A stretch of DNA of 64,000 nt from Dehalococcoidia bacterium (GTDB taxonomy: Bacteria > Chloroflexota > Dehalococcoidia > Lucifugimonadales > CATOSD01), in assembly GCA_965203135.1 (NCBI GenBank), contig CBDBBO010000001.1, positions 1,878,760-1,942,759 on the forward strand, given 5' to 3'. The translations under genes and the position numbers were made by a program. Shown piece by piece: positions 11,750-20,867 of the stretch. Each line of letters begins with the position of its first letter. Positions within the stretch are counted from its first letter, which is position 1. Under the pieces are notes generated by a model. The model was given only the letters and a program-made list of their open reading frames with translations. It was not told where the DNA came from and ran no database searches.

Positions 11750-12475
11750 TCAGGCGGCGCAGCAAAGACCTCGACACTGCGCGCGGCACTTGTCCAGGCA
11801 ATCGAGTAGCCCATACAGGCACCCGCGGCACCAGCACAGCACCACGCCTTCCTCGCGGTCCTCGCCGCGCACGCCCTCCAGTCCCTCGCGCAACAGCCAC
11901 GGCACCAACAGCAGCGCGGTGGCCGCGTCGAGCCACCACCAGCCCAGCAGCGCATTGGCTACGAGGCCGACCAGAAGCGTCAGCGACAGGTAAGAGCAAC
12001 CGATGGTCTCCTTGGCCTCGATAGCGATGGAGTTCAGTCCGCTCTGCGCGGCGATGCGCAACTTCCAGAGAGCGAGGATCGGCATGAGCGCGACGGACGC
12101 CGCTGCGACCGCGATGCCCACAAGCGACTCCTCGGCGCCGGTCCGCTGAGATAGCGTGTAGGTGGACTGGATCACGATCCCGACCGAAAGCACGATGAAG
12201 GTCCAGCCGATCAGCCGCACCACCCTGCCCTCGATCCTTTCGCCCCGCTCCTCGTCGACTACACTCAGCCGCCACAGCACCAGGCCCGCGGCGCCTACCT
12301 CCAGGTAGCTGTCCATCCCGAAGCCCGCCAGCGCCACGCTGCGGGCCATCGCCGCCGACCAGAGCGCCAGCACGCCCTCGACGACGTTGTACACCAGCGT
12401 AAACCAGAGCAGGGCCTTCGCTGTTCGCACTTTCAGAGCATCTCCTGCCCGTGAGAGTACCCTTGATTCTACCAC
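11750..12475 (-). CDS. Cation-efflux-like membrane protein (transmembrane domain only) with a Cys-rich C-terminal tail
   Basis: Six predicted TM segments with EAKET..C.YLS and WWWLD motifs, as in short cation transporters. The last 29 residues contain 9 Cys (CWCRGCLYGLLDCLDKCRAQCRGLCCAA). Confidence 0.55.
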   Translation of the reverse strand: MVESRVLSRAGDALKVRTAKALLWFTLVYNVVEGVLALWSAAMARSVALAGFGMDSYLEVGAAGLVLWRLSVVDEERGERIEGRVVRLIGWTFIVLSVGIVIQSTYTLSQRTGAEESLVGIAVAAASVALMPILALWKLRIAAQSGLNSIAIEAKETIGCSYLSLTLLVGLVANALLGWWWLDAATALLLVPWLLREGLEGVRGEDREEGVVLCWCRGCLYGLLDCLDKCRAQCRGLCCAA

Positions 12476-12587
12476 AAAGCCCGCAGTCCACTCGTGCTAT
12501 AATTGCGCCCGGCCCGGGCCGGTATCGCCCTCCCGCTCGCTTTGGAGGCCGAGGCCGAGCCTGACTAACCGTGCTGGAGGTGTGCCC

Positions 12588-13817
12588 TTGAAGCTGCTCT
12601 TGAAGGCGGACAGGCTGATCGACGGAACGGGCGCGCCGCCCATCCAGAACGGCGCCGTGCTAGTCGAAGACGGACGCATCGCCCAGGTAGGCGCGCGCGA
12701 AGAGATGCGCCTCGAACCGGGGGAGCAGATCGACGAGATCGAGGCGTCCGGCGGCTCCATCCTGCCCGGCTTCGTCGAGGCCCACACCCACATTCACTGC
12801 AGCGCCGAGGCCGACGCCTATCGCCACGTCACCACCGAGAGCGATGCCACCCTCATCATGCGCGGCGTACAGGCGGTCCGTTCCGCGCTCTCCTCCGGCG
12901 TCACCACCATGCGGGATCTCGGCAGCAAGAACCAGGTGATATTTCCCATCCGCGAGGCCATCGAGTCCGGCGTCATTCCCGGCCCCCGTCTGCTCGCGGC
13001 GGGCACGCCCATCACCACCACCGCGGGCCACTGCAACATGTTCGGCACCGAGGCCGACACCGCCGAGGAGGTGGTGAAGGCAATCAGGCAGCAGTTCAAG
13101 CTCGGCGCCGACTGCATCAAGATAATGTCCACCGGCGGCGGCTTCACCCCCGGCACCAACACTCGCGCGCCGCAGTACCCGGCCGAGACCCTCCGCGCCG
13201 CCGTCGAGGACGCCGAGCGACTCGGCCTCCGCGTCGCCGCCCACTGCCACGCCGCCGCGGGCGTCCGCAACTGCGTCGAGGCCGGCATACACAACCTCAT
13301 CCACTGCACCTGGCTCGCCGAAGACCCCGACGATGTCTACGACTACGACCCGGACGTAGTGGACGTGATGGTCGAGAAAGGCATCTACGTCGACCCGACG
13401 CTCGCGCTCGGCCGCCTCAACCAGATGCGAGGCCGCGAGCGCCCCGCCGGCCGTGCGTTCGGCGACCCTGAGCGGCGGTTCGAGATCCTTCGCGATATGT
13501 GGGACCGCGGCGTGAAGTTCGTAACCGGCATGGACGCGGGCATGACGAACGCCCGCTTCGACGACTTCGCCTACATCCCTGAGGTGATGGTGGACAACAT
13601 GGGAATCTCCCCAATGGAGGCGATCGTGTGCTCCACTCAGACCTCCGCCGACTGCCTCGGCATCCTGGAGGAGACGGGAACCCTCGAGCTCGGCAAGGCG
13701 GCGGACGTAGTGGCGGTCTCGGGTGACCCGCTCGCCGACGTTCGCGCCCTCCACGACGTCAACACCATCGTCAGCCGCGGGCGTGTGGTCAAGCGCGCCG
13801 GCGAGCTGCTCATCTAA
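12588..13817 (+). CDS. Metal-dependent amidohydrolase (imidazolonepropionase-like superfamily)
   Basis: LPGFVEAHTHIH, AAHCHAA and a C-terminal AADVVAVSGDPLADV motif. Preferred start is TTG 12588, 7 nt after GGAGG; the upstream part of ORF 12387 overlaps the divergent gene. Confidence 0.8.
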   Translation: MKLLLKADRLIDGTGAPPIQNGAVLVEDGRIAQVGAREEMRLEPGEQIDEIEASGGSILPGFVEAHTHIHCSAEADAYRHVTTESDATLIMRGVQAVRSALSSGVTTMRDLGSKNQVIFPIREAIESGVIPGPRLLAAGTPITTTAGHCNMFGTEADTAEEVVKAIRQQFKLGADCIKIMSTGGGFTPGTNTRAPQYPAETLRAAVEDAERLGLRVAAHCHAAAGVRNCVEAGIHNLIHCTWLAEDPDDVYDYDPDVVDVMVEKGIYVDPTLALGRLNQMRGRERPAGRAFGDPERRFEILRDMWDRGVKFVTGMDAGMTNARFDDFAYIPEVMVDNMGISPMEAIVCSTQTSADCLGILEETGTLELGKAADVVAVSGDPLADVRALHDVNTIVSRGRVVKRAGELLI

Positions 13818-13829
13818 CGGAGAAAACCC

Positions 13830-14636
13830 ATGGACTACCAGTTCATCCTGCTGGAAAAGAGCGACAGCATCGCCACCATAACGCTGAACAGGCCGGAGAA
13901 GCGCAACGCCCTCAGCGCGGACCTGCTGCGCGAGTTCAATCACGCGTTGGACGACGTTCAGGAAGACCACGACATCAACGCGGTCATCATCACCGGAGCG
14001 GGACGATCCTTCTCCGCCGGGTTCGACATCTCGCCCGGCCAGACCTACCCGGAGCGCCCCAGCACCGCGAACTGGGACGCGACACACCTACCCCCGCGCG
14101 CCATCATGAAGCTGTGGAACCTCAGGCAACCCACCATAAGCGCGGTGCACGGCCATGCTGTTGCCGCCGGCAACGTCCTCGCGATGACCGCCGACCTTGT
14201 CATCGCTTCTGAAGAGGCTGTTTTCGGTGAGCCGGAGATACGCCACGTGGCGCACTCCCCGGCCATCATGCTGCCCTACATCGCGCCCTTCCGCCACTTG
14301 CACTGGCTCTACTATACCGGGGACATGATCGACGCCCGCACGGCGGAAAAGTGGAACATGGTCAACAAGGTCGTGCCGGCGGACGAGCTGATGGAGGAGG
14401 CGCGCAGCGTTGCCGAGCGCATCGCCCGCGTGCCCCCGTTCGCGACCCAGATGATGAAGCGAAGCATCAAGGCCGCCTACGAGAACATGGGCTTCACCGA
14501 GGCGTTCGACCAGCATCTGATGCTGCGGATGATCGAGAGCATGACCCCGGACGCCGACAAGCAGGCGCTGGACGACATCCGCCAACAGCAGGGCCTGCAA
14601 TCGTTCCTCCAGGCCCGCGACGGCCCCTTCCGGTAG
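13830..14636 (+). CDS. Enoyl-CoA hydratase/isomerase (crotonase) family protein
   Basis: ITLNRPEKRNAL, ITGAGRSFSAGFD and AVHGHAVAAG motifs. Confidence 0.85.
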   Translation: MDYQFILLEKSDSIATITLNRPEKRNALSADLLREFNHALDDVQEDHDINAVIITGAGRSFSAGFDISPGQTYPERPSTANWDATHLPPRAIMKLWNLRQPTISAVHGHAVAAGNVLAMTADLVIASEEAVFGEPEIRHVAHSPAIMLPYIAPFRHLHWLYYTGDMIDARTAEKWNMVNKVVPADELMEEARSVAERIARVPPFATQMMKRSIKAAYENMGFTEAFDQHLMLRMIESMTPDADKQALDDIRQQQGLQSFLQARDGPFR

Positions 14637-14645
14637 TCCCCCGCC

Positions 14646-15497
14646 TCACACCACCCGCGGCAGCGCCTGGCCGTCCACGAAGTCGAGGATTGCGTTCGAC
14701 ACGGCGTCCGGGCGCTCCATGTACATGTTGTGGCCCGTGTCGTTGACCACCAGCACGTGGAAGTCCGCGATCTCCGCTTCCAGCTCGTCGAGCAGCGGGT
14801 AGCCCTTCTTGCGCTCGGCGCTGACTATGTACAGCATCGGCACGCCCAACTCGCGGAACGCCGGCCGCAGGTCCTCGTAGTCGCCGTCGCGCTCCTCCCA
14901 GGCCATCGAGGATTGCGCCCACTTCATGTCTATCGAGCCGTCCGGCAGCTCCATCGTCTCGAATTCCACCACGTCTCGAATCACGTCCGCGCGCCACCGG
15001 CCCGCGGCGCGGTGCTGCGTCAGGAAGTCAAGCATCTCGGGGCGGCTGGGCCACGTGCGCCGCGGACGCTGCGGCGAGTCCACGCGGGAAACGCGGCGCT
15101 GGAATGCCTCGTCCACGACTATCATCGGCTCCAGCAGCACCAGCCGGTTGAACAGGCCCGGCGACCGGTGGGCAACCAGCGTCGTCACCACGCCTCCGGT
15201 GGAGTGCGCCGCCACCACCGCGTCGCGCAGCCCGATGGCCTCGCAGAAGCCGCTCAGGTCCGAAATCCTGTCCGCGAACCGGTACCCCGACTCCGTCCAT
15301 GTGCTGTCGCCGCTGCCCCGGCAGTCCACGGCCAGCACCCGGAAGCGGTGCCGCAGGTCGCGCGCCACGGCGTCCCAGCTACGGCTCGTCCGCATGTCGC
15401 CGTGCACCAGCAGCAGCGGCGGACCGTCGCCGCCCCAGTCGGCGTAGTGCAGCCTTATCTCGCCAACCTCGACGTAGCGGCTTACTGGTACACCCAT
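14646..15497 (-). CDS. Alpha/beta hydrolase
   Basis: LLLVHGD and the nucleophile elbow VVAAHSTGG, with a C-terminal DTGHNMYME motif. Confidence 0.8.
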   Translation of the reverse strand: MGVPVSRYVEVGEIRLHYADWGGDGPPLLLVHGDMRTSRSWDAVARDLRHRFRVLAVDCRGSGDSTWTESGYRFADRISDLSGFCEAIGLRDAVVAAHSTGGVVTTLVAHRSPGLFNRLVLLEPMIVVDEAFQRRVSRVDSPQRPRRTWPSRPEMLDFLTQHRAAGRWRADVIRDVVEFETMELPDGSIDMKWAQSSMAWEERDGDYEDLRPAFRELGVPMLYIVSAERKKGYPLLDELEAEIADFHVLVVNDTGHNMYMERPDAVSNAILDFVDGQALPRVV

Positions 15498-15506
15498 CGC
15501 GCCCGG

Positions 15507-16439
15507 TTAGTCCAGCAAGTCGAGCTGTCGGAGAATGGCGGGAAGCTCGGCCTTCTCGTCGTCGGTCAGCGGCCTGAGCGGGCGCGACACCGTGTCGCTG
15601 TCCAGCACGCCCATCATCTTCAAGGACGACTTCATCGCCGAGAAGCTGGCCGCGTTCGCTCCGCCTCCCTTCGCCACGCGCGCCACGCCGTTGGCGATGA
15701 GCAGCTTCGCGTCGCACTCGCGCACCGTCTCGGTGTCTCCGCGCTCGCCCGCCTCCCAGCCGCGGGAGGAGATGGCCGGCACGAGATTCGCGATGCCGGG
15801 TATGACCCCGTGGACGCCGACCGAGCCGGAGGTGGTTATCCGAAACACCGTCCCCAGAAAGCGCAGCAGCTCTATCTCGCCCTGGTCGCACAGGATGTTC
15901 AGCTCGGCAAGCAGCTCGCCCGCGCCGGAGCTGTCCTTCACGCCGACGACCGCTCCCTCGCCCGCGAGCGCGGCAACCGTTCCCGGCGCCACGGCCGTCT
16001 TGACGGTTACGGGTATGTTGTACACCCACACAGGCCCGCCCACGCGGTCGGCTATGTAGCGGTAGTGGTCGGCGATCTCGTCCTGCGCGTTCGGGTAGTA
16101 GTAGGGCGGCGTGAACGCTATGCCGTCCAGTCCGGTTTCGCGCACCGCGTCCGCCAGCTCGATGGAGAGTTGCGTGCTGGGCTGCGACACGTTGCCGATG
16201 ACCGGCACGCGGCCATCCACTTCGTCCACGACCGTCTCGATGCTGGTCACGCGCTCCCTGTCCGACAGCGCCGCGAACTCTCCGGTGGTGCCGGACACCC
16301 ATATGCCATGCGCGCCGCTGTCGATGAGGTAGTTCACCAGCCGCCTCAGCGAAGAGGTGTCCACGCTCTCGTCGTCGTTGAGCGGCGTAAGTATCGGGAC
16401 GATTACGCCCTTGATCTGCTTTTCGTCAGTGTCGGTCAT
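15507..16439 (-). CDS. Dihydrodipicolinate synthase/N-acetylneuraminate lyase family protein
   Basis: GIWVSGTTGEF, YYYPNAQDE and GVKDSSG (Schiff-base Lys context) motifs. Confidence 0.85.
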   Translation of the reverse strand: MTDTDEKQIKGVIVPILTPLNDDESVDTSSLRRLVNYLIDSGAHGIWVSGTTGEFAALSDRERVTSIETVVDEVDGRVPVIGNVSQPSTQLSIELADAVRETGLDGIAFTPPYYYPNAQDEIADHYRYIADRVGGPVWVYNIPVTVKTAVAPGTVAALAGEGAVVGVKDSSGAGELLAELNILCDQGEIELLRFLGTVFRITTSGSVGVHGVIPGIANLVPAISSRGWEAGERGDTETVRECDAKLLIANGVARVAKGGGANAASFSAMKSSLKMMGVLDSDTVSRPLRPLTDDEKAELPAILRQLDLLD

Positions 16440-16485
16440 AGGTCTTCACTCCTTCTTTTGATCAGTTATCAGCGTATGGGTGAGC

Positions 16486-17214
16486 TTAGATTTCCAGAAG
16501 CTGGAAGCTAACGGCGTAATCGCAGCCGAAGCGTTCGCCAACCGCGTTGGCGTTCATGCGCAGGAAGAAGTCGGGGTCGAAGCTCTGACCGAGCCCCGCG
16601 ATGTAGGCGCGATGCTCCTCCAGCGATGCTACGCCCTGATCGATGAAGTCGGTGACGTCGACGGCGTGTGTGGGAGCGTTCGCGCCCGCAATGAGCACAC
16701 GCCTGACGCCGTTCCAGGGTTGGTGCCCCTCATCCAGAAGCTCGGGGAAGATCCAGCGGTTGCCGGCGTCCCGCGCTGCGTCGAGAGCCGCGAGACCGAC
16801 GGCCCGGTGGTCGGCCATATTGAAGGAAGTGCCGCCCCAGGTGGTATCGAAGTTGCCAATCACCAGGGTGTCGGGACTGTGCCGGCGAATCGCGCGGGAG
16901 ATGTCCCTGCGCAGCGGCAGCCCGTACTCGATTACGCCGTCGGTGTGGTCCAGGAACTCCACGGTCTCGACGCCGACCAGCGCCGCGCCGCTGCGCTCTT
17001 CGTCCTCGCGCAGAGGGCCGGCCTCCCCGGGACGCATCGCGTCTATGCCCGCCTCCCCGCGCGTCGCGAGCAGGTAGGCCACTCGCTTCCCCTGCGCCGT
17101 CCACCGCGCGACTGCGCTGGCCGCGCCGTACTCGATATCGTCGGGGTGCGCCATTACCACAAGCGCGGTGTCCCAGTCCTCGGGCAGCGGCAGGAGCTGC
17201 GGCGTCGTGTTCAT
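16486..17214 (-). CDS. PIG-L/LmbE family deacetylase
   Basis: VVMAHPDDIEYGAA metal-binding motif and HTDGV. Confidence 0.85.
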   Translation of the reverse strand: MNTTPQLLPLPEDWDTALVVMAHPDDIEYGAASAVARWTAQGKRVAYLLATRGEAGIDAMRPGEAGPLREDEERSGAALVGVETVEFLDHTDGVIEYGLPLRRDISRAIRRHSPDTLVIGNFDTTWGGTSFNMADHRAVGLAALDAARDAGNRWIFPELLDEGHQPWNGVRRVLIAGANAPTHAVDVTDFIDQGVASLEEHRAYIAGLGQSFDPDFFLRMNANAVGERFGCDYAVSFQLLEI

Positions 17215-17230
17215 CGCGGCGACGTTGCCC

Positions 17231-17494
17231 TCACCCGCCGGAGATGGCGGGCAGGAAATGCACCTCGCTGTTTTCCCCCACCTTCTCGAGCATTCCCATT
17301 GGAGTGATCTCGCCGTCTATGGCGACCGAGATGTTGGGCTTGATGCGGTTGCCTTCGACGAGCCGATCTTTCATGCCGGGATAAGCGCTGTCCAGGTTGT
17401 TGACTATCTGCCGCACCGTGGCGCCCTCCACCTGTACCTGGTGCTCGCCCGCGGTCAGCGACTGCATGAGTGAGGGGATGAAAACGGTTGCCAT
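17231..17494 (-). CDS. MoaD/ThiS-family ubiquitin-like sulfur-carrier protein (C-terminal GG)
   Basis: 87-aa protein MATVFIP...HFLPAISGG. Start ATG 17494 has an AAAGGGG RBS; the longer ORF start at 17761 is an upstream artefact. Confidence 0.7.
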   Translation of the reverse strand: MATVFIPSLMQSLTAGEHQVQVEGATVRQIVNNLDSAYPGMKDRLVEGNRIKPNISVAIDGEITPMGMLEKVGENSEVHFLPAISGG

Positions 17495-17510
17495 GTCGAT
17501 ACCCCTTTCG

Positions 17511-18002
17511 CTACGCCTCGCCGTCAGAGTTGGACGAGATGTCGGGCGGCGCTTCAGTGAAGGGCTCGCCGCGCGCCTCGGCGTCCAGCCTGCGCTCGTT
17601 CCACTCAGACCACCTGCGGTGTACTTCGTTGCGCGCCTCAGACCTGGCTTTGGCGTACGCCTCAGACTTGGCCTTAGCAACCGCTCTGTCCAATCGTTCC
17701 TGTTCTCGCTTCTTGAGCCAACGCTCCAGGTTTCCTCCGATAACCATAGCTGTACGTGCAACCTCCATGAGCGTTATGGTGACAGCGGCTGCCCCAACCC
17801 CAACCGAGGGGAGCCTGTCGATTATGCTCAATACCGTCTGAACAAAGCCGTCTCCGTTCAGGACCGTGATCTCATACCAGCATACCAGAGATATGCCTGC
17901 GATGTTCTGTATGGCGAACAGCGCGAAGTAGGCCGCCTGCCATCTCCCGGGAACGCTCCAGACCGACTCCCTGTCCGGTGCCGCCGAATTGTGTATAGCC
18001 AT
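17511..18002 (-). CDS. Hypothetical membrane protein (two TM segments plus a charged coiled-coil tail)
   Basis: 163-aa ORF in an AT-richer stretch between a terminator and the MoaD-like gene. No recognisable domain. Confidence 0.4.
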   Translation of the reverse strand: MAIHNSAAPDRESVWSVPGRWQAAYFALFAIQNIAGISLVCWYEITVLNGDGFVQTVLSIIDRLPSVGVGAAAVTITLMEVARTAMVIGGNLERWLKKREQERLDRAVAKAKSEAYAKARSEARNEVHRRWSEWNERRLDAEARGEPFTEAPPDISSNSDGEA

Positions 18003-18021
18003 CTCCTTGTGTGCTGTGCCG

Positions 18022-18063
18022 CGAACAAAAGACGGGGCGGGCCTATCAAAAAAACCCGCCCCG
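18022..18063 (-). terminator. Rho-independent terminator after the molybdo-hydroxylase operon
   Basis: On the minus strand: GGGGCGGG, a 13-nt loop, CCCGCCCC, then TCTTTTGTT. It lies 60 nt downstream of the large-subunit stop codon. Confidence 0.6.
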
Positions 18064-18121
18064 CGCTCTTGTGCCTATGTCGTCTCCGCTGGCGCAGCGC
18101 CGGCGGGACTTGTAGCCGGAT

Positions 18122-20386
18122 CTAGCCGCCGTTGTCCTTCGCGGCCGCTATGATGGCCACCGGGTTCATCGGCGTCTCGAAGAGCCGCGTGCCGGTCGCG
18201 CGCTGGATGGCGTTGGCTATGGCGGGTGTCGGCGGGATGATGTTGGACTCGCCCACGCCGCGCACGCCGTAGGGGTGGCCGGGGTTGGCGACCTCCACTA
18301 TCACGGTGTCTATCATCGGCAGGTCCAGGCTGGTGGGCATTCGGTAGTCCAGCAGCGTGGAGTTGACCATGCCGCCGCCCTCGTTCATGTAGTACTCTTC
18401 GTTGAGCGCCCAGCCTATGCCCTGCGCCGAACCGCCCTGCATCTGCCCTTCCACGTAGGACGGGTGGATGGCCTTGCCAACGTCCTGGACGACGGTGAAG
18501 CGCACCACATCCGTCTTGCCGGTGTCGGGATCGACCTCCAGGTCCACTATGTTGCCGGAGAACGAGCCGCCCGCCCCGGTGGGGCTGACGGACGCCGACG
18601 CCGATATGCCGCCGCCGGTGCGCCCCAGCTGGCCGGCCAGCTCCTTGAAGCTCATGTTCAGTTCGGGGTCGGCCGTGGACTTGATCACGCCGTCTTCCAT
18701 GCTCACGGAGTCGGCATCCACGTCCCATATGGACGCCGCGCGCTCTATCATCTGCTGCTTTACCATCTGCGCCGCCTCGTATGCGGCGTAGCCGGTGGCG
18801 AAGGTGGTGCGGCTGCCGCCCGTCACGGCGGTGAAGCCTATCGAGTCGGTGTCCACCACCGAGGGGCGGATATCCTCGGCGGGTATGCCGAGCACCTCCG
18901 CGGCCTGCATCGAGATGGAGGCGCGCGTGCCGCCGATGTCGGTGGAGCCTTCGGTCAGGTTCACGGTGCCGTCGGCGTTCACGGCCAGGTTGACGCTGGA
19001 GTCGAAGCCGATATTGAACCAGAAGCCTATGGCTATGCCGCGTCCCTGGTTCTCGCCCAGCGGCGCGCTGTAGTGCGGATGGTCGCGCATCGCCTCGAGC
19101 GTCTCCACCAGGCCCACGCGGTTGAAGGTGGGGCCGTCTACGCGGCGCGTGCCCTCTTTGGCGGCGTTCTTGAGCCTCAGCTCGATGGGGTCCATGTTCA
19201 GCTTGAGCGCCAGTTCGTCCACCGCCTGCTCGACTGCGAAGGCGGCATTGGGCGCGCCGGGCGCGCGGTAGGCGGCCGTCTTCGGCTTGTTCACCACCAC
19301 GTCGTAGCCGTCCACGACGCCGTTCTCCAGGTCGTAGGCCGCGAGCGCGCACATCGCGCCGGCGCCCACCGGGGAGCCGGGATACGCCCCCGCCTCGAAG
19401 GCCAGTTCCACCTCGGCGGCGGTCATCGTGCCGTCGCTCTTCGCGCCTATCTTCACGCGGCTATAGGAGCCGCAGGTGGGGCCGGAGGCCTCGAACACGT
19501 CGGCGCGGCTCATCACCATCTTCACCGCCTGGCCCGTCTTCCTGGACAGCAGCGCGGCCACCGGCTCCAGGTACACCGGTATCTTGCCGCCGAAACCGCC
19601 GCCTATCTCCATGGGCGTTACGCGGATTTGCGAGACGGGCAGGTCCAGAATCGAGGCGAGGGCGTCGCGCACGGTGAACGCACCCTGCGTGCTGCACCAG
19701 ACGTGCAGCCGTCCGTCGCTGTTCCACAGCGCGGTGGCGTTGTGCGGCTCGATGTAGCCCTGGTGCACCGTCTTGGCCCGGTACTCGCGCTCGACGATGA
19801 CGTCGGCCTCGCCAAAACCCTTGTCCGGGTCGCCCTTCCGGTGCTGGAAGTGCTCGGCCACGTTGCTGGCCGTGTCGGTCTGCTCGCCGAGCTCGGACGT
19901 GAACAGGTCGTCGTGCAGCAGCGGCGCGCCGTCGGCCATCGCCTCCTCGACGGTGGTGACGGGCGGCAGCAGTTCGTACTCGACCTCTATTGCGGCTAGG
20001 GCCTCTTCGGCCTCGTGCGCGGTGTTGGCGGCGACGCCGGCGATGGCGTGGCCCTTGTAGAGCACCTTGTCGCTGGCGAAGATGTTATCTCGCTCGCGCT
20101 TCTTGCCCACGTCGCCGTCGCTGGGCGGCAGGTCGGACGCCGTGACCACGGCGCGGACTCCGGGCATGGCGAGCGCCTTGCCCGGGTCTATGGACTTAAT
20201 GTTGGCGTGGGCGTGCGGGCTGCGCAGCACCTTGGCGTGAAGCAGGCCGGCGGTGGTGAAGTCCGCGCCGTACAGCGCGCGGCCCGTGACCTTGTCGTGG
20301 CCGTCGTGTCGAATGGGCCGCGTGCCCACGACCTTGTACTCCACGTTGGAGAGAACCATGTTCGGCTCATAGTCGGTGGTGGTCAT
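18122..20386 (-). CDS. Xanthine dehydrogenase-family molybdopterin-binding large subunit
   Basis: Start MTTTDYEPN at 20386 follows GGAGG and abuts the small-subunit stop. Aldehyde oxidase/XDH a/b-hammerhead and Moco-binding regions are present. The loop reads AAYRAPGAP, not a CODH signature. Confidence 0.9.
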   Translation of the reverse strand: MTTTDYEPNMVLSNVEYKVVGTRPIRHDGHDKVTGRALYGADFTTAGLLHAKVLRSPHAHANIKSIDPGKALAMPGVRAVVTASDLPPSDGDVGKKRERDNIFASDKVLYKGHAIAGVAANTAHEAEEALAAIEVEYELLPPVTTVEEAMADGAPLLHDDLFTSELGEQTDTASNVAEHFQHRKGDPDKGFGEADVIVEREYRAKTVHQGYIEPHNATALWNSDGRLHVWCSTQGAFTVRDALASILDLPVSQIRVTPMEIGGGFGGKIPVYLEPVAALLSRKTGQAVKMVMSRADVFEASGPTCGSYSRVKIGAKSDGTMTAAEVELAFEAGAYPGSPVGAGAMCALAAYDLENGVVDGYDVVVNKPKTAAYRAPGAPNAAFAVEQAVDELALKLNMDPIELRLKNAAKEGTRRVDGPTFNRVGLVETLEAMRDHPHYSAPLGENQGRGIAIGFWFNIGFDSSVNLAVNADGTVNLTEGSTDIGGTRASISMQAAEVLGIPAEDIRPSVVDTDSIGFTAVTGGSRTTFATGYAAYEAAQMVKQQMIERAASIWDVDADSVSMEDGVIKSTADPELNMSFKELAGQLGRTGGGISASASVSPTGAGGSFSGNIVDLEVDPDTGKTDVVRFTVVQDVGKAIHPSYVEGQMQGGSAQGIGWALNEEYYMNEGGGMVNSTLLDYRMPTSLDLPMIDTVIVEVANPGHPYGVRGVGESNIIPPTPAIANAIQRATGTRLFETPMNPVAIIAAAKDNGG

Positions 20387-20387
20387 T

Positions 20388-20867
20388 CTAGGCCTCCTGC
20401 ATCTTCTCCGCCGCGTCCTGCACGGCGCGAACGATCTTGTCGTACCCCGTGCAGCGGCACAGGTTGTTGGCAAGCCAGAAGCGTATCTCGTGCTCGGTGG
20501 GAGTGGGGTTCTGGTCCAGCAGCGCCTTCGAGGCCACGATGAAGCCGGGCGTGCAGATGCCGCACTGGAGAGCGGCATTCTCCAGGAACGCCGTCTGCAC
20601 GGGATGCAGTCCCTCGGGGGACGCGATGCCCTCGATAGTCGTGATCTCCTTGCCCTCCGCCTCGACGCCGAGCACCAGGCATGACGTGACGATTCGGCCG
20701 TCCAGTATCACCGTGCAGGCGCCGCAGTTGCCGTCGTTGCACCCCTCCTTGCTGCCCGTCAGCCCTATCACGTCGCGCAGGCACTCGAGCAGGCTTTGCC
20801 GGGGCTCGCACAGGAAGTCCACGTGCTCCCCGTTGATTGTGGTCTGTACGTAGGTCTTTGCGGGCAT
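20388..20867 (-). CDS. (2Fe-2S)-binding small subunit of the molybdo-hydroxylase
   Basis: CNDGNCGACTV and CGICTPG ... CRCTGY cluster motifs. Confidence 0.92.
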   Translation of the reverse strand: MPAKTYVQTTINGEHVDFLCEPRQSLLECLRDVIGLTGSKEGCNDGNCGACTVILDGRIVTSCLVLGVEAEGKEITTIEGIASPEGLHPVQTAFLENAALQCGICTPGFIVASKALLDQNPTPTEHEIRFWLANNLCRCTGYDKIVRAVQDAAEKMQEA

